DNA of 32,000 nucleotides from Gemmata obscuriglobus (GTDB lineage Bacteria; Planctomycetota; Planctomycetia; Gemmatales; Gemmataceae): NCBI RefSeq assembly GCF_008065095.1, contig NZ_CP042911.1, positions 2,520,001 to 2,552,000 of the forward strand, read 5' to 3'. Shown piece by piece: positions 30,895 to 32,000 of this stretch (position 1 is its first letter; each line of letters starts with the position of its first letter). The notes under the pieces were generated by a model. It saw only the letters and a program-made list of their open reading frames with translations, ran no database searches and was not told where the DNA came from. The position numbers and the translations under genes were made by a program.

Positions 30895-32000
30895 TTACGC
30901 CTTCACCAGGATGGCCCCTTCGCCGTTGCGGAGGGTGATCGAGGTCACGTACTGGCCCAGCGTGCCGTTCGAGTTCACGATCCGGTACGTGCCGCCGAGC
31001 TGGTGCGTCGTCGCGGTGTTGTTGCCGGTCGTCCCTTCGCCCTTGCCCTGGGCATACGACAGGGGCTTGTACAGCACCAGCGCGTTCTCGTACTCCCGCG
31101 CCATCACCTGGTACGTGAGGGCCGAGTTCGCCGGGTCGGTTCCGGTGGCGAGCACCTTCATGGAGCCGACCGGCGCGCCGACGTTCACGTTCACCGCCGG
31201 CGACCAGTGCTCGGTCCACGAGGACGACGGGCTGTCGCCGCCGAAGAACATCAGGAACGAGCGGTCCGGGTCCGCGACCAGGTAGTAGTACGCGAGCGTC
31301 GCGAGCTGCGTGCGCGAGTCGTACCGCGACCCGCCCTCGGGGCTGCTGTCGATCACCAGGTACGGCGCGTTCGGGCTGTTCAGCCGGCGCTGGATGAGGT
31401 TCACCGCGTCGCCCACCTCGGACCAGTTGGCCGACATCGGGCGGATGAGGAACTCCTCGAACGACCCCGCGGAGCCGGCGGTGATCGCGTCCGCGGTGGT
31501 GGACCCGCCCGCGGTGTTCGCCAGCACCCACCGCGGGGCGATCGCCCGCGACACGGCGCTCATCAGCGCGCCGGAGTCCTCGGCGAACGTGGCCGTCGGC
31601 TCCAGCACGCTGGTGCCCGCGAACGGCACCTTGCCGGTCGCGTTGTCCATGAACACCCCGTCGGCCAGCGGGTTGGCGGTCAGCAGTTGGACGTGGTACT
31701 CCTGCGCCCAGTGCCGCACCGCGGACGACGACGGGTTCGTCACGAACCGCATCTGGCCGTAGTAGGGGTAGAACAGCCGCGTCTCGTACACGAACCGGGC
31801 GTCGAACCCCGCCTGGCGGCCGGCGTACTCGGCGTCGTTCAGGTAGCCGTCGTGGTCCTTGTCCGCGGCGTAGTCGAACGCCGGGATGGTGCCCGTGCTG
31901 GCGCCGTTGGCGTTCACGTAGTCGCGCCCGAAGATCGTCTTCAGCTCCGGGGCGGAGCCGGCCGCGCCCGCGGTGACGCGGAGCCGTACCGAGTACAGCA
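30895..32000 (-). CDS. Partial CDS (C-terminal 368 codons; open to the right window edge): secreted TIM-barrel glycoside-hydrolase-like protein (GH114/GHL-type guess)
   Basis: The track start at 31917 is only an internal GTG. The frame stays open to nt 32000 (...APELKTIFGRDYVNANG...). Composition is normal with high GC3. DGVFMDNATG and YLVIDSSPEGG...LAYYYLVADPDRSFLMFFGG are reminiscent of GH114/GHL families, but the function call is weak. Confidence 0.75.
   Translation of the reverse strand, partial: LYSVRLRVTAGAAGSAPELKTIFGRDYVNANGASTGTIPAFDYAADKDHDGYLNDAEYAGRQAGFDARFVYETRLFYPYYGQMRFVTNPSSSAVRHWAQEYHVQLLTANPLADGVFMDNATGKVPFAGTSVLEPTATFAEDSGALMSAVSRAIAPRWVLANTAGGSTTADAITAGSAGSFEEFLIRPMSANWSEVGDAVNLIQRRLNSPNAPYLVIDSSPEGGSRYDSRTQLATLAYYYLVADPDRSFLMFFGGDSPSSSWTEHWSPAVNVNVGAPVGSMKVLATGTDPANSALTYQVMAREYENALVLYKPLSYAQGKGEGTTGNNTATTHQLGGTYRIVNSNGTLGQYVTSITLRNGEGAILVKA

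Overview
High-GC (about two thirds G+C by eye) bacterial chromosomal segment. The gene content points to Planctomycetota, probably Gemmata-like (inference, no search possible): DUF1501, DUF1559, a TIGR03000 domain, an ECF sigma fused to TM+WD40, and an Arg-rich LExLExR N-terminal header. Positions 1-19400 hold envelope and signalling genes. These are two lipoproteins, an ECF sigma with a 1411-aa ZAS anti-sigma carrying an MG2/alpha-2-macroglobulin-like ectodomain, a TIGR03000 protein, a DUF1501 protein, an ECF-sigma/TM/WD40 fusion, two tandem atypical DUF1559 paralogs, a secreted protein made almost entirely of Gly/Ile repeats, and an ECF sigma with an RskA-type anti-sigma. Positions 19500-23400 are housekeeping: guaB, a Pro-rich conserved hypothetical and hemW. 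Positions 23400-30800 look accessory. They contain a ~500-bp AT-rich leader and a ~1630-aa polymorphic-toxin-like protein (LExLExR header, Gly-rich tandem repeats, PKD-like Ig repeats, a helical domain, an intact Hint domain and a low-GC 219-aa C-terminal tip). Its stop overlaps a low-GC immunity-like ORF, which is followed by ~1.3 kb of apparently decayed sequence. A partial glycoside-hydrolase-like gene runs off the right edge. Several long hairpins lie between genes, including a 42-bp perfect palindrome and a 35-bp stem whose only mismatches are G-U wobbles. I saw no rRNA, intact tRNA, CRISPR array or transposase. Strongest candidates for something undescribed are the Hint-toxin/immunity cassette with no recognisable secretion system, and the Gly/Ile repeat protein. 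Domain names come from motif recognition by eye, and every homology statement needs a database search.
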